Assembly (NCBI GenBank): GCA_963422645.2
Contig: CAXXVO010000005.1
Span: 32,001 to 96,000 of the forward strand
Reading direction: 5' to 3'
Source of the DNA: Alphaproteobacteria bacterium
Lineage (GTDB): Bacteria; Pseudomonadota; Alphaproteobacteria; UBA828
DNA length: 64,000 bases
Shown here: piece by piece, positions 21,320 through 31,535 of the stretch
Layout: every line of letters begins with the position of its first letter
Position numbering within the stretch: the stretch's first letter is position 1
Notes under the pieces: model-generated
Seen by the model: the letters and a program-made list of their open reading frames with translations, nothing else
Told to the model about the DNA's origin: nothing
Database searches by the model: none
Made by a program: the position numbers and the translations under genes

Positions 21320-21485
21320 GGTTGTCCTCCTCCCTGTTGAGATCTGCCGCTTCCATCAGCAGCCAGGCGAGTCGCAGGACGGCTTGGTCGCGCTCGGATA
21401 GGGTCATCTTTCGTAGTTCGCCTGTGTCGAGAGCCATCGCGAGCTGGTCATTCGACGGCCATGGTATCGGGCGAGGGGTTTTCAT
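21306..21485 (-). CDS. 59-aa ORF overlapping the recombinase start
   Basis: Manual translation MKTPRPIPWPSNDQLAMALD...LAWLLMEAA...HERI*; not in the ORF track. Confidence 0.55.
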   Translation of the reverse strand: MKTPRPIPWPSNDQLAMALDTGELRKMTLSERDQAVLRLAWLLMEAADLNREEDNHERI

Positions 21486-21810
21486 CGGTGTCCTCCCGGG
21501 AACGGCTTATGTTCTGCCGGGAGTGTTTCCTGAAACCAGATTCGATCAAGAAGTAGTGGAGTTCGACCAGCGCCGACAGCGATACCAGAGGCTCACCAGA
21601 TCCCAATCGGGCACAGGCGACGGGATCCAGCATCCATGCGGCGATCAGCGCAACTTCACCAGGGTCCGCCTCGACACGCACGAACTCACCTGAAGCGTGA
21701 CGCTCGCGCCTCAGCTCCCGGACATCGAGCCCATGAAAAGGATGCCAGCGGTAATGGACCCTGTGGCTCTGCTTGATATGGGCAGAATGATTAGGGCTCC
21801 AATGGGCCTC
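21448..21810 (-). CDS. Small accessory ORF of the serine-recombinase element (true start unclear)
   Basis: VHYRWHPFHG...AWMLDPVAC; resembles ORFs that precede such recombinases (recognition by eye). Confidence 0.5.
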   Translation of the reverse strand, partial: EAHWSPNHSAHIKQSHRVHYRWHPFHGLDVRELRRERHASGEFVRVEADPGEVALIAAWMLDPVACARLGSGEPLVSLSALVELHYFLIESGFRKHSRQNISRSREDTDENPSPDTMAVE

Positions 21811-21879
21811 GACCACGACCCACTCCTGACCACGGGCCCGGACAAGCTCACCCGGCGAGAACTGCGCCACGGCGCCCAT
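21811..21879 (-). pseudogene. N-terminal stub of a probable SNF2-type helicase
   Basis: MGAVAQFSPGELVRARGQEWVV directly after the large helicase stop; VRARGxEWVV start typical of DrmD-like proteins. Confidence 0.6.
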
Positions 21880-21882
21880 GAC

Positions 21883-24800
21883 CTATCCCTTCAACAATTC
21901 AGTGAGTTCCTCTTCGAACGCGATGAGGCGCCCAGGATCACCGGGGCGCTCCAAGACCCTAACGCCCTTCGAAGCCAGCTTCCCAACCATGGCTTCATCG
22001 GTTTCGCCCTCCTCGACAACAACGAGGCGCGCCTTGCGCCAAATATTCGGGAAGGCGACGCCGTCGACGGTGAGCGGTTTTTCGTCTGGAGGCGCTCGAT
22101 CCGGCGTTCCCGACGCCTGCGTTCGATCAGTATCGGAGGGACCAGCGTGGGCAAGCCGCAGCAGGAATGAGAGAGCAGCGGGATCGCGCCGATCGATTTG
22201 CTCGTGATCGGGCTGATTGAAGTAGGAAAGGACACAGCGGTAGCATCCGGCGACACATTCCGGGTCGCCGGTCTCGGACAGACGGCCAGGATCCTCCTTC
22301 GCTTCACCTAAGCTGGCCTGATCGTAGTGCATGATCTCAAGTGCGCGTCCGGCGACCTGCATGAAGCCGTCATTCCAACTCACAAGTTGCGCCAGTGCGC
22401 CAGCGCCGCCCTCCGCCGCCTCATAGAACAGGAGGGCGTTTCTCTCGTCGGAGCTGGGCGCCGGCTCGACGAGGATCTCGCCCTCTTCCAGCTGGAATAC
22501 AGCCTCGATGCCGCGCGCCAGTGCATGCTGGATCGTGGTGAGCGTTCTCCGGCTTTCGGGTCCGAGCTGGGCAAGCCAGCGCCTGGGAAAACGAAGCAGA
22601 AGCGCATTCTTGCGGTCTTCTACCAGCGGAACGATAAGCTGGCGCAGCGTATCCGGACGGCTGTCGTCGTCGCCGCCTTCTTTCTTCTCGCCGATCCACG
22701 CGCCGGACTTGGGATTGATGAAAAAACCGATCTTCTCCTTGTCCTTGCGGCGCCGCAGCCCCTTGTTGATCCGGCTGATCCGCGCGGCCTGTGCAAAATC
22801 CAGCGTCACGATTTCCCCTCCGGCATCACGAACGATCTGGCGGGACGTAGAACCGGCGCCCTCAAACGAAAAGGTTGTCTGAAGCTCGAACCCCTGCCGC
22901 TTCCGGTCCTCGTCGTTCGATGTGATCCGCTCGGCAGGCCGGCTGCCGACATTCTCGATCCGGTAGAGGTTGTGAACGAGAATCGCCCCGCCGAGCGCAA
23001 CTCCGCAGACGTGGCACATCTCGGGGTGTTCCCCGGGGTGTCCCGCGCCGTAAGTCTTGCAAATCGCCCGGCTCTGCGTCGTCAACATGCCGTCGGGGCG
23101 GTCTCCGGCATCTTTGAGGAGCGCGCGGTCCACGCGGAACGCACGGCCTTCATGGTAGACGAGGCTCTGCGGGCCGAACTCGGAAATCGCAAGAAACCTG
23201 GCGCGCTGGATGTAGCGCTGGCTCTTGCCGTCCGAACTACCCTGAACGTAGGCCATAAGCGGCAGGCGCGGGAAATTGTATCCCGGAAGAAACCCCTCAG
23301 TTGCGAGATACCGGTACAAATAGAAGTCGTTGTTCTGGGTCGATGCAGATTGAAGCAGTGTCTTGCGTTGCCAGTTCCCCATGGCGAGACGGCTTTCCGA
23401 CGCCTTCCGCTCCCGCGGCGAGATCGAGTAATCGTCAAGCGTTTGCGTTGCCAGTTCCACCGCCCGCTCGGCGGCGGCGAGAAGGTCGCGCCAGCGATCG
23501 AAGGACCGGTCGAAGTCAATGGGCGCACGTTCGATCAGCGAGTGGGCCAACGCCTCGCGGCCGGAATACCAATACGGGGGGTCTCCGGCGAAATCGTCTT
23601 CGAGGGCCGCGAGGACCGCTTCGATGCACGAAGCCGCACCGCGTGAGGCCTCCGCAGACTTGATGGCCTCGGAAATATGCGAATGCAGCGGGCGTTCCGA
23701 ACTCGACATGTCGAGGTTGTCGGGGATACGAGATTGAAACTCCGCCCCGCTGGCGGCCAACCACTCCGCGTGCAGGTGGCTCTCGACCAGATCCCGGTTT
23801 CGAAGATCGATCGATGGCGGGACGACAACCCCGTCGACCAGATCCTGCATGCGGTCGAAGAAGTACTGATCATGCGGGCTCTGTGCGGCGCAGTAGGTCA
23901 GGATCATGGCCGCCTGGCCACTGCGACCGGCGCGTCCGCTGCGCTGGGCATAGTTCGCCGCCGTGGGTGGGGCATTCCGGAGATAGACGACATTCATCGA
24001 GGAGATGTCGACGCCAAGTTCCATGGTCGGCGAGCAAAACAGCGCCGGCAGGAAACGCGCGCCTTCGCGATGTTCACTCAGTTCATCCTGTCGCTCATCG
24101 AGCTTCTTTCGGTCGTCCTCTCCGTACCTGAACCGAAACTCGCGTAGCTCCCGGAGTTCGCTCTCCACCTGCGCCGTGTGCTCGCGTCCCTCGAGCCCGA
24201 AGAGGGGTGCCGCGTCCGCTGCGAGAGCATCGGATACGGCTTTGTAGAGGCCGGCAAAGAAGCGGTTCGTCACTTCCGCGCCCTGTTCGCCGGTCTGCGA
24301 GCGGTATTGAATGGTCTTGGCAATGAGCCGCCAACCCATGCCGCCGACCGGCGAAGACACCTCCTCGACGAGGCCGTAGTTCTTCGCCCCGTTCAGCAAC
24401 GTCTTCAGGACATCCGGAACATCCCCGGCGCTCAGTTGTCTGGCGCCGAACCGGATCGCGCGGATTTTCCGTGCGAGAGCGCTTTGGCGCGTGCCACGCA
24501 CGAGGCGCTCCTCGTCCCGTGGACCGATCCTTGCGCGCTTCGGCGGTTCGAGCATAAGGACCGACGCCCCGACCGTGGCCTCTTCCTCGAGCGACCAGGG
24601 CGCCTTGATCTGCCCCCGCATCGTTTGTGCGATCGCATCGACCTTCTGGCGTCCGAGGGCGGCGGTGTTGACCGCCAACCCCTTGCGCATGTGGTCGAGA
24701 AGCTCCTGAAGCGCGGCCTGCCGCGCTGCAGCGGACGCCGAGCGCAGGATGGGCGAGGCAGCGAACTCCTCATCGTCCCGGGCCAGATCTTCGATGTACT

Positions 24801-27084
24801 GGTACTCGGCGCGAACGAGGCCGAGCTGTTCGAGATTCGGATTGGTGAAGCGCCATCCCCGGCGCTGATCGATCCAGAAACGAAGCTGCAGCCCTTCACG
24901 AAGCACGGCTTCCGCGTCCTCCCGTGCCTGTCCTTTCAGCCCGGGATTTTCCAGCCACTCTTCGGCGCGATGGGCAAACGCCCCATCCGCAAGGAAACCG
25001 AGCGCTGTCTGGACTCGCGCGCCGATCTCGGGCTCGGGTATTGAGCCGCCAGGCGCCAATTTGAGAGCGGACAGGATTGCCGCCCTCAAGAGGGACACGA
25101 AAATGAAATCGTTGAAATGACCGGCCTGAAGCGCTGCATCCTGCCGGTTGTCGGTGAAGGCCAGCAGTTTGCGCGTGTGCTCGGGGAGGTCCGATGCATC
25201 GCCGTTCATCCAATGCAGGATGCTGGAGATCAGGATCGTCGTCGCCGAGCTCCGGCCCTCGCCGCTCAGGGACGCAAGCTTGTTAATGTCGCGGGCAGAC
25301 GTGTTGGAAACGTCCTTGCACATCGGACAGAAACGGAACTTGCCGGGCATGAACCAGCTTCGATGCCCCATTCCGCAATTGCCGTTCGGCGCCACGTCAT
25401 GAAGGCTGGCCCGGCGTTTGCGGTAGGTCGATTTCAGGCGCCTGTCGCCGCGCTTCGTCTCCTCCAGCCACGCTTCCGGATAATCCTCGTCATCGCCCTT
25501 GAACGTGAATTCGCGGTCGTCAGGTTCGGGCATCAGAAAGCCCCACTCGGCGCCTTCGTCCTCCTCGTCCGCCTCAACGGGAATATCGTCGATCTCCCGC
25601 TTCTCGAAATACTCGCGCCCCCGGTCAGTCCGCAACGTGACCGGGTGGAATTCCTGACCGCAGTTCCGGCAGAAATGGACCGGGTACAGGCGCTCTTCCT
25701 CATTGCGCGGGTTGAATACTTGCCCCGAAAACGTCACGTCGCGCTGGCCTTCTGGGCGAAGGGTCGCATACAGGCGCCCGGCGCCGGCGATGAATTGATG
25801 GAGCTTGAAGGCGAACAACGGCTCGCTGCTTCCACCGGCTACACCGCGCTGGTTCTCCGGAGTGCTGAACCCGATCAAGGCTTTCCGGAGAGCCGCCGCG
25901 CAGACGTCTTGGGATAGCCCGCAATTCCCGGCCAGCGCCACGGCGGCCCGGTCGAGCGAAACGGGGCTCGCCCGCTCGGGCTTGTGATCGACATTCTTCA
26001 AGCCGATCCGTGTCTCGATCCAGGCGGCCAGATCGTCCCTCGCCAGTTCATCGTTCGTGAGTCCATGCCCGACGCTACCTTTCAGGGCTGTCTCGACCGC
26101 CGCCGTCAGTCCAGGCAGTTCGCGTTCGCCGCTCCTGCTCGCATCGGTCACGCGGCGGAGCGTTTCCGTAACGACCGCATCCGGGCCGATTCTGGCGCTG
26201 AAGATTTTCGAGGCGACCCGTGCCACCGCGGCGCGCTTCTCTTCCGGCGCGCCTTCGCTTGCCATGGTCGCTGACGTGCCGACGCAGATTGGCGGATGCT
26301 TCGGATCGCCTATCCGTGCCTTAAGGCGGCGCATCAGCATCGCCACATCCGCGCCCTGGCGCCCGCGGTAGGTGTGCAACTCATCGAGCACGACGAACCG
26401 CAGGCCGCGGCAATTCTCGATGACCTTCCGGTCCAGATCGTTCTGCCGCGTCATGAGCAATTCGAGCATCATGAAATTGGTAAGCAGAATGTCCGGCGGG
26501 TTGTCCCTGATGCGCTCGCGTTCGTCGGTGCCTTCCTGTCCGGTGTATCGCGCGAACGTGGGAGAATTCGGGCGCCCTGCGCCCAGATAGCGCCGCAGCT
26601 CTTCTGCTTGGCTGTTGGCAAGGGCATTCATCGGATAGATAACGATGGCGCGGGTGCCCGGGGCACGGCCCGCTTTCCGGGCCTTGATCGCGGCGTCGAT
26701 GATCGGGATGAAGAAACACAGCGACTTCCCAGAGCCGGTGCCAGTCGTCACGGCGTAACTCTGATTGTTCAGAGCATAGCCGACGGCCTGCTGCTGGTGC
26801 TTGCGGAGCCTCAGCGTTCGATCCCTGCGGTTTCCGGAGGCCGAGAGGTCCCGAAATACCTCGGCACATTCGGGTTCCAGATCGCCGGCGTCGATGAAAT
26901 CCTGTATCGAGCCGCCGTCGGCATAGTGCGGGTTGAGCTGAATCAACGGCTCGGGCCAAAATCGCCTGGTCGCGTACAGCTCATCGACCTGCGCATTCAA
27001 CTCCGGCGAGCGGATATTTGTAAAAGAGCGTGCGAACGCCTTGTAGTGATCGATGACAGTTTCATCGAGATTGAAGACGTCCAT
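21883..27084 (-). CDS. Large SF2 DEAD/DEAH helicase with Zn fingers and DUF1998 (DruE / DrmA-DrmB-like defence helicase)
   Basis: TTGTGSGKS, YPMNALANSQ, LDELHTYRG, SPTMELGVD, QRSGRAGR, CRNCG, CPMC, C-terminal CVAGCYRCVLSYFNQ. Confidence 0.9.
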   Translation of the reverse strand: MDVFNLDETVIDHYKAFARSFTNIRSPELNAQVDELYATRRFWPEPLIQLNPHYADGGSIQDFIDAGDLEPECAEVFRDLSASGNRRDRTLRLRKHQQQAVGYALNNQSYAVTTGTGSGKSLCFFIPIIDAAIKARKAGRAPGTRAIVIYPMNALANSQAEELRRYLGAGRPNSPTFARYTGQEGTDERERIRDNPPDILLTNFMMLELLMTRQNDLDRKVIENCRGLRFVVLDELHTYRGRQGADVAMLMRRLKARIGDPKHPPICVGTSATMASEGAPEEKRAAVARVASKIFSARIGPDAVVTETLRRVTDASRSGERELPGLTAAVETALKGSVGHGLTNDELARDDLAAWIETRIGLKNVDHKPERASPVSLDRAAVALAGNCGLSQDVCAAALRKALIGFSTPENQRGVAGGSSEPLFAFKLHQFIAGAGRLYATLRPEGQRDVTFSGQVFNPRNEEERLYPVHFCRNCGQEFHPVTLRTDRGREYFEKREIDDIPVEADEEDEGAEWGFLMPEPDDREFTFKGDDEDYPEAWLEETKRGDRRLKSTYRKRRASLHDVAPNGNCGMGHRSWFMPGKFRFCPMCKDVSNTSARDINKLASLSGEGRSSATTILISSILHWMNGDASDLPEHTRKLLAFTDNRQDAALQAGHFNDFIFVSLLRAAILSALKLAPGGSIPEPEIGARVQTALGFLADGAFAHRAEEWLENPGLKGQAREDAEAVLREGLQLRFWIDQRRGWRFTNPNLEQLGLVRAEYQYIEDLARDDEEFAASPILRSASAAARQAALQELLDHMRKGLAVNTAALGRQKVDAIAQTMRGQIKAPWSLEEEATVGASVLMLEPPKRARIGPRDEERLVRGTRQSALARKIRAIRFGARQLSAGDVPDVLKTLLNGAKNYGLVEEVSSPVGGMGWRLIAKTIQYRSQTGEQGAEVTNRFFAGLYKAVSDALAADAAPLFGLEGREHTAQVESELRELREFRFRYGEDDRKKLDERQDELSEHREGARFLPALFCSPTMELGVDISSMNVVYLRNAPPTAANYAQRSGRAGRSGQAAMILTYCAAQSPHDQYFFDRMQDLVDGVVVPPSIDLRNRDLVESHLHAEWLAASGAEFQSRIPDNLDMSSSERPLHSHISEAIKSAEASRGAASCIEAVLAALEDDFAGDPPYWYSGREALAHSLIERAPIDFDRSFDRWRDLLAAAERAVELATQTLDDYSISPRERKASESRLAMGNWQRKTLLQSASTQNNDFYLYRYLATEGFLPGYNFPRLPLMAYVQGSSDGKSQRYIQRARFLAISEFGPQSLVYHEGRAFRVDRALLKDAGDRPDGMLTTQSRAICKTYGAGHPGEHPEMCHVCGVALGGAILVHNLYRIENVGSRPAERITSNDEDRKRQGFELQTTFSFEGAGSTSRQIVRDAGGEIVTLDFAQAARISRINKGLRRRKDKEKIGFFINPKSGAWIGEKKEGGDDDSRPDTLRQLIVPLVEDRKNALLLRFPRRWLAQLGPESRRTLTTIQHALARGIEAVFQLEEGEILVEPAPSSDERNALLFYEAAEGGAGALAQLVSWNDGFMQVAGRALEIMHYDQASLGEAKEDPGRLSETGDPECVAGCYRCVLSYFNQPDHEQIDRRDPAALSFLLRLAHAGPSDTDRTQASGTPDRAPPDEKPLTVDGVAFPNIWRKARLVVVEEGETDEAMVGKLASKGVRVLERPGDPGRLIAFEEELTELLKG

Positions 27085-27492
27085 CACCAACTCCCGCTCG
27101 GAGAGGTTCGGGCCACTTCGCTCGGTGCGAACACTTGTAGGTCTTGTGGGCGGCGTGCCGCCGAGCCCGGCGGCTTCCTCCGCCCTCGGCATTTCACGCT
27201 CCGAACCCACATCTTTTCACGATATTCTTGCCGAATATGCGATGCTGCATCCAGACGGGCAGCAGTCCATCCGTCAACCCCGTGGCCGGATTGGCTTTTC
27301 CCAGCGCCGGCCGGGCACCTCGCAGAGTGCCCGTCATCGCATAGCAATCGGCTGGATTCTACATTCAGGCGGTCTGAGGCGCTCCGAGTCGCGGTCGGCT
27401 GGCGTGGTAGCATCAAGACCCTGGACCCTCCTTCACGGTATCCTTGTTCATCCCTTCTCCACCCCGCCATCCTATCCTGTCCCGCTCCCCGA

Positions 27493-28629
27493 TTACCCGT
27501 AGGGCAAGGCATCGGTCAACGGCCGCTCCCGAAGAGACCGCGCATCGTGGGCGATTCCGACTTGCGGACCGTCCTTCGCGCCCGCCAGCCATTCGTCCAG
27601 CTTCGACCAGCGCCGGCGCCCGGAGGCATTGCGAACCGCGATGGCCACCGCTTTTTTCTGCCCCACCAGCACCACAAGCCGCTTGCCGCGCGTGACCCCG
27701 GTGTAGAGCAGGTTTCGCTTGAGCATCGCGTAATGCTGGGTCAGCACAGGGATCACCACCGCCGGATATTCCGAGCCCTGGCTCTTGTGCACTGTCGCGG
27801 CATAGGCCGGCACCAGGGCGTCGAGTTCGCCGAAACCGTAGAGGAGATCGCGCCCCTCGAACCGCGCGGTCAGCTCGCCGGCCTCGGGGTCTACATCCAT
27901 GATCGCCCCGATATCGCCGTTATAGACCTCCTTGTCGTAATCGTTCTCGATCTGCATCACCTTGTCCCCCGGTGCGAAGGTCCAGCCGAAACGCTCGACC
28001 TTGCGCTCGCCGGCCGGGTTGAGCGCCGCCTGGAGCTCGATGTTGAGCGAGCGGGCGCCCGCGCCACCCCGGTTCATCGGGCACAGCACCTGGATGTCGC
28101 GCACCGGGTCGAGGCCAAAGCGCTTCGGGATCCGGCTCTTCACCAGCTCGACGATCCTGTCCGCCGCCGCCTCGGGGTCCTCGGCCGGCACGAAGTAGAA
28201 GTCGCTTTCGCCCTCGGGCCGGGAGAGGTCGGGGATGGCGCCCCGGTTGATGCCGTGGGCGCTGGTGACGATCCGGCTCTGCGCCGCCTGGCGAAACACC
28301 TCGGTCAGGCGCACCACCGGCGCCGCTCCCGAGGCGATGATGTCGGCCAGCACCTGGCCGGGCCCGACCGAGGGCAGCTGGTCGACATCGCCCACGATCA
28401 GCAGCGCCGACCCGTCGGGGACCGCCGCCAGCAGCGAGCGCATGAGCAGGACATCGACCATCGAGGTCTCGTCGATCACCAGCAGCCCGCAGTCGAGCAG
28501 GTTCTCCGCATCTCGCCTGAACCCGCCATTCCTGGGATCGACCTCAAGCAGTCGGTGGATCGTCTTCGCCTCCAGCCCGGTGGCCTCGCTCATCCGCTTG
28601 GCGGCGCGCCCGGTCGGCGCGCACAGCAT
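27493..28629 (-). pseudogene. RecD2-like SF1 helicase, C-terminal fragment
   Basis: [51 protein letters not shown]; Walker A and N-terminus absent. Confidence 0.88.
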
Positions 28630-28775
28630 GATAGCCCCAGCCGCGCGCCGCGATGTCCCGCTCGATCAGCTTCAGCATCTCCACGAACTGGGAGAAGACC
28701 AGCACCCTGCGCCCCTCGGCGACCAGCTCCTCCAGCAGCGCGAGAAGCCGCGCCCGCTTGGCGCTCGCGGTGATG
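28630..28775 (-). pseudogene. SNF2 helicase-C fragment
   Basis: [35 protein letters not shown]. Confidence 0.8.
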
Positions 28776-28892
28776 CATCCTTCGGAGGCACCCTCATCCA
28801 CGCCGGAGGTAGCCAGTACCGTGGTTCCAGGCATCGGGCGCTGACCACTGTTGCCCTTCGCCACGATGCGAGGCTTCGTAATCCTCCCCGAT

Positions 28893-28992
28893 ATGTCGTC
28901 GAACACAGACATTTGTGAGAGTCGTCGATCGCGGACATTTTGGTCTTGTCGCCGCACGACGACATATGTACATTGTTGGCGTTCGACGACAT
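28893..28992. promoter_or_regulatory. Four 20-bp palindromic operators (WTGTC-N10-GACAT) upstream of hipBA
   Basis: 28893-28912, 28919-28938, 28946-28965, 28973-28992; period 26-27 bp. Confidence 0.75.
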
Positions 28993-29002
28993 CGGGGCCA
29001 TC

Positions 29003-29293
29003 ATGCAAATCCGAACTTCCCTGGACCTGGGTCTGGCCATCCGCGACAGACGCCGCAAACTCAAGCTGAGCCAAACCGAGCTCGCCCGCAAAGCGGGAGT
29101 CGGACGACAATGGGTCGTGGCCATCGAGCACGGCAAGTCCCGTGCCGAGCTCGGTCTGGTTCTCCGTACCCTTGCCGCCCTGGACCTCCCGTTGACGATC
29201 GGTCCCGGCGATCGCCGGTTTCCGCCGAGCGACGACCTGAACCCCGTCGATATCGACGCCATCGTGAATGCCGCCAAGGAAGATCGGACATGA
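29003..29293 (+). CDS. hipB: XRE HTH antitoxin (HipB-like)
   Basis: IRDRRRKLKLSQTELARKAGVGRQWVVAIEHGK; ATGA overlap with hipA. Confidence 0.85.
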   Translation: MQIRTSLDLGLAIRDRRRKLKLSQTELARKAGVGRQWVVAIEHGKSRAELGLVLRTLAALDLPLTIGPGDRRFPPSDDLNPVDIDAIVNAAKEDRT

Positions 29294-30576
29294 CCGAGCT
29301 TCTTATCGTCGTTGCCGATCGCCGGATCATGGGCGAAATCCGACGCGATCGGCGCGGCCGGCTGACATTCGTCTACGACGACCGCTGGCGCTCCATGGAT
29401 GCAGCTTATCCACTTTCTCTCTCGATGCCGCTCGTGGTCGCCGAACATGAGCACCCCAGGATCGAGCCCTGGCTCTGGGGACTGCTTCCCGACAACGAAG
29501 CCATCCTGGCCCGCTGGGGACAGCGGTTTCATGTGTCGCCCCGCAACGCCTTTGCCTTGCTCGGTGCGGTAGGCGAGGACTGCCCCGGCGCCATCCAGCT
29601 GGTACGACCGGACAGGGTCGATGACATTCTCCAGGCCGACGACCAGCAGATCGAATGGCTGACCGAGGCCGACATCGCCGAACGCCTGCATATCCTGAGA
29701 CAAGATCAGGCGGCGTGGCGCATGGCGCGCGATGCCGGCCAGTTCAGCCTCGCCGGCGCACAGCCGAAGACGGCGCTCCTATTCGACGGTCAGCGCTGGG
29801 GGGTGCCCAGCGGCCCGACGCCGACCACCCACATCCTGAAACCGCCCATCGACGGGCTCGACGGACACGCCGAAAACGAACACCTGTGCCTGGCGCTGGC
29901 TCGCGCGCTCGGGTTGCCCGCGGCACGTTCGGAGGTGCGCAGATTCGGGGATGAATCGGCAATCATCGTGGAACGGTATGACCGGACCAGGCTCCCCGGA
30001 TCGATCCGGCGCCTTCACCAGGAAGACATGTGTCAGGTCCTGGGGCTTCCCCCGACGAAGAAATACCAGAATGAGGGCGGCCCCGGGTGCGCGGAGCTGA
30101 GCGAAGCGATCTGGACACACTCGGGAGAGCCCGGCGACGATGCGTGGACCTTCGCGCGCGCCATCATGCTGAACTGGATCATCGGCGGCACCGACGCGCA
30201 CGCGAAGAACTTCTCCATGCTGATCGGTCCGCAAGGGCGCGGACGCCTCGCACCTCTCTACGACGTGGCAAGCATGTTGCCCTACGACGTAGATCCCAGG
30301 AGGCTGAAGATGGCCACCAAGATTGGCGGGAAATACCTGCTCGAAGAGGTTCAATCGCGCCATTGGGTGAAGTTCGCAGCTGAAGTGCGCCTGCCACCCG
30401 CCGAAGTCATCGACATGGGTAAAGCCATTGTTGCGACGTTGCCGACCCTGGTTACCGAAGCCGTCGACGACGCCCGTGCCAATGGGCTCGATCACCCGAT
30501 TCTGCAGCGTTTGATCGGGGTGTTGAACGCCCGTTCGAATCATTGTGCCCGCATCTTGGAAGCGGCGACAGCCTGA
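29290..30576 (+). CDS. hipA: HipA-family kinase toxin
   Basis: LSLSMP, GLLPDN, FSLAGAQPKTAL, THILKP, HQEDMCQ, TDAHAKNFS, LAPLYDV. Confidence 0.93.
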   Translation: MTELLIVVADRRIMGEIRRDRRGRLTFVYDDRWRSMDAAYPLSLSMPLVVAEHEHPRIEPWLWGLLPDNEAILARWGQRFHVSPRNAFALLGAVGEDCPGAIQLVRPDRVDDILQADDQQIEWLTEADIAERLHILRQDQAAWRMARDAGQFSLAGAQPKTALLFDGQRWGVPSGPTPTTHILKPPIDGLDGHAENEHLCLALARALGLPAARSEVRRFGDESAIIVERYDRTRLPGSIRRLHQEDMCQVLGLPPTKKYQNEGGPGCAELSEAIWTHSGEPGDDAWTFARAIMLNWIIGGTDAHAKNFSMLIGPQGRGRLAPLYDVASMLPYDVDPRRLKMATKIGGKYLLEEVQSRHWVKFAAEVRLPPAEVIDMGKAIVATLPTLVTEAVDDARANGLDHPILQRLIGVLNARSNHCARILEAATA

Positions 30577-30657
30577 TCCGCTCCTCGCGTACGCAGGGAC
30601 CCGATCCCGCCTGAGCCCGAGCCCGACCCCACCGTCGCCGATCTCGCGGCCCGGTGC

Positions 30658-31521
30658 ATGCGCGCCTACGTCAAGGTCCACTGTAAGCCGAAGACCGAGA
30701 AGCTGTACCGCACCGCCATCGACCGGCACATCGTTCCGGCGCTCGGCGCCATGGCGGTGAAAGACGTCCGATCGAAGCATGTGATCGAGCTCCATGACCG
30801 CCTGCGCGACACACCCTCGATGGCCAACCATGTCGTCAGGATGCTCGGAAAGATGTTCTCGCTCGCCGAAACATGGGACTTGGTCCCCCGGGGCCGCAAC
30901 CCCTGCAGGGCGGTGCTCCAATACCGCGAAGAGCCCCGGGAACGCTTCCTGGCGCCGGAGGAATACCGGGAGGTCGGTGCGGCGCTCCGGGCAGCGGAGG
31001 CCGAGGGCTGGATGTGGCCTGCCGCGATCGCGGCCATCCGGCTCCTGATGCTGACCGGCTGCCGCAAGTCGGAAATCCTCACGCTCCGCTGGGACGACGT
31101 GGACCGCACGGTGGGCGAGTTGCGGCTCCGCGACGGCAAGCGTGGCCCGCGCATGGTGCCGCTCACCACGCCTGTCCTGAAAGTGCTTGATGGCATCGAG
31201 CGCATCGAAGGCAATCCCTGGGTCATCCGCAGCAAGAAGCCCGGCGCCTGCTTGTCCGACCTCACCTACTACTGGAACCGCATCCAGGCACATGTCGGGT
31301 TGGAGGGCGTGCGCATCCATGACCTGCGCCACAGCCATGCCTCCCGGGCGCTCGCGCTCGGCGAGAGTCTGGCCATGATCGGCCGCATTCTCGGCCACTC
31401 CAAGGTCGGCACCACCGCCCGGTATGCACATCTTGTGCACGACGCCGAGAAGGCCGCCGCCGCCCGCACCGGCGACAGCATCGGCGCCCACCTCGCGCCG
31501 CAAGACGCCGAGGCGGCGTAG
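30658..31521 (+). CDS. Tyrosine integrase, N-terminal arm domain missing
   Basis: LTGCRKSEI, HDLRHS, LGH, TTARYAH. Confidence 0.85.
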   Translation: MRAYVKVHCKPKTEKLYRTAIDRHIVPALGAMAVKDVRSKHVIELHDRLRDTPSMANHVVRMLGKMFSLAETWDLVPRGRNPCRAVLQYREEPRERFLAPEEYREVGAALRAAEAEGWMWPAAIAAIRLLMLTGCRKSEILTLRWDDVDRTVGELRLRDGKRGPRMVPLTTPVLKVLDGIERIEGNPWVIRSKKPGACLSDLTYYWNRIQAHVGLEGVRIHDLRHSHASRALALGESLAMIGRILGHSKVGTTARYAHLVHDAEKAAAARTGDSIGAHLAPQDAEAA

Positions 31522-31535
31522 GGGAGGCACGGGCG

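Noticed and set aside
26296-28773. 825-aa plus-strand ORF and similar long antisense ORFs (8951-11026, 46756-49587, 59339-61327)
   Set aside because: Shadow ORFs opposite real genes, common in high-GC DNA.
28893-28992. Short repeat array as CRISPR or iterons
   Set aside because: Palindromic 20-mers with 6-7 bp gaps directly before an HTH gene fit operators.
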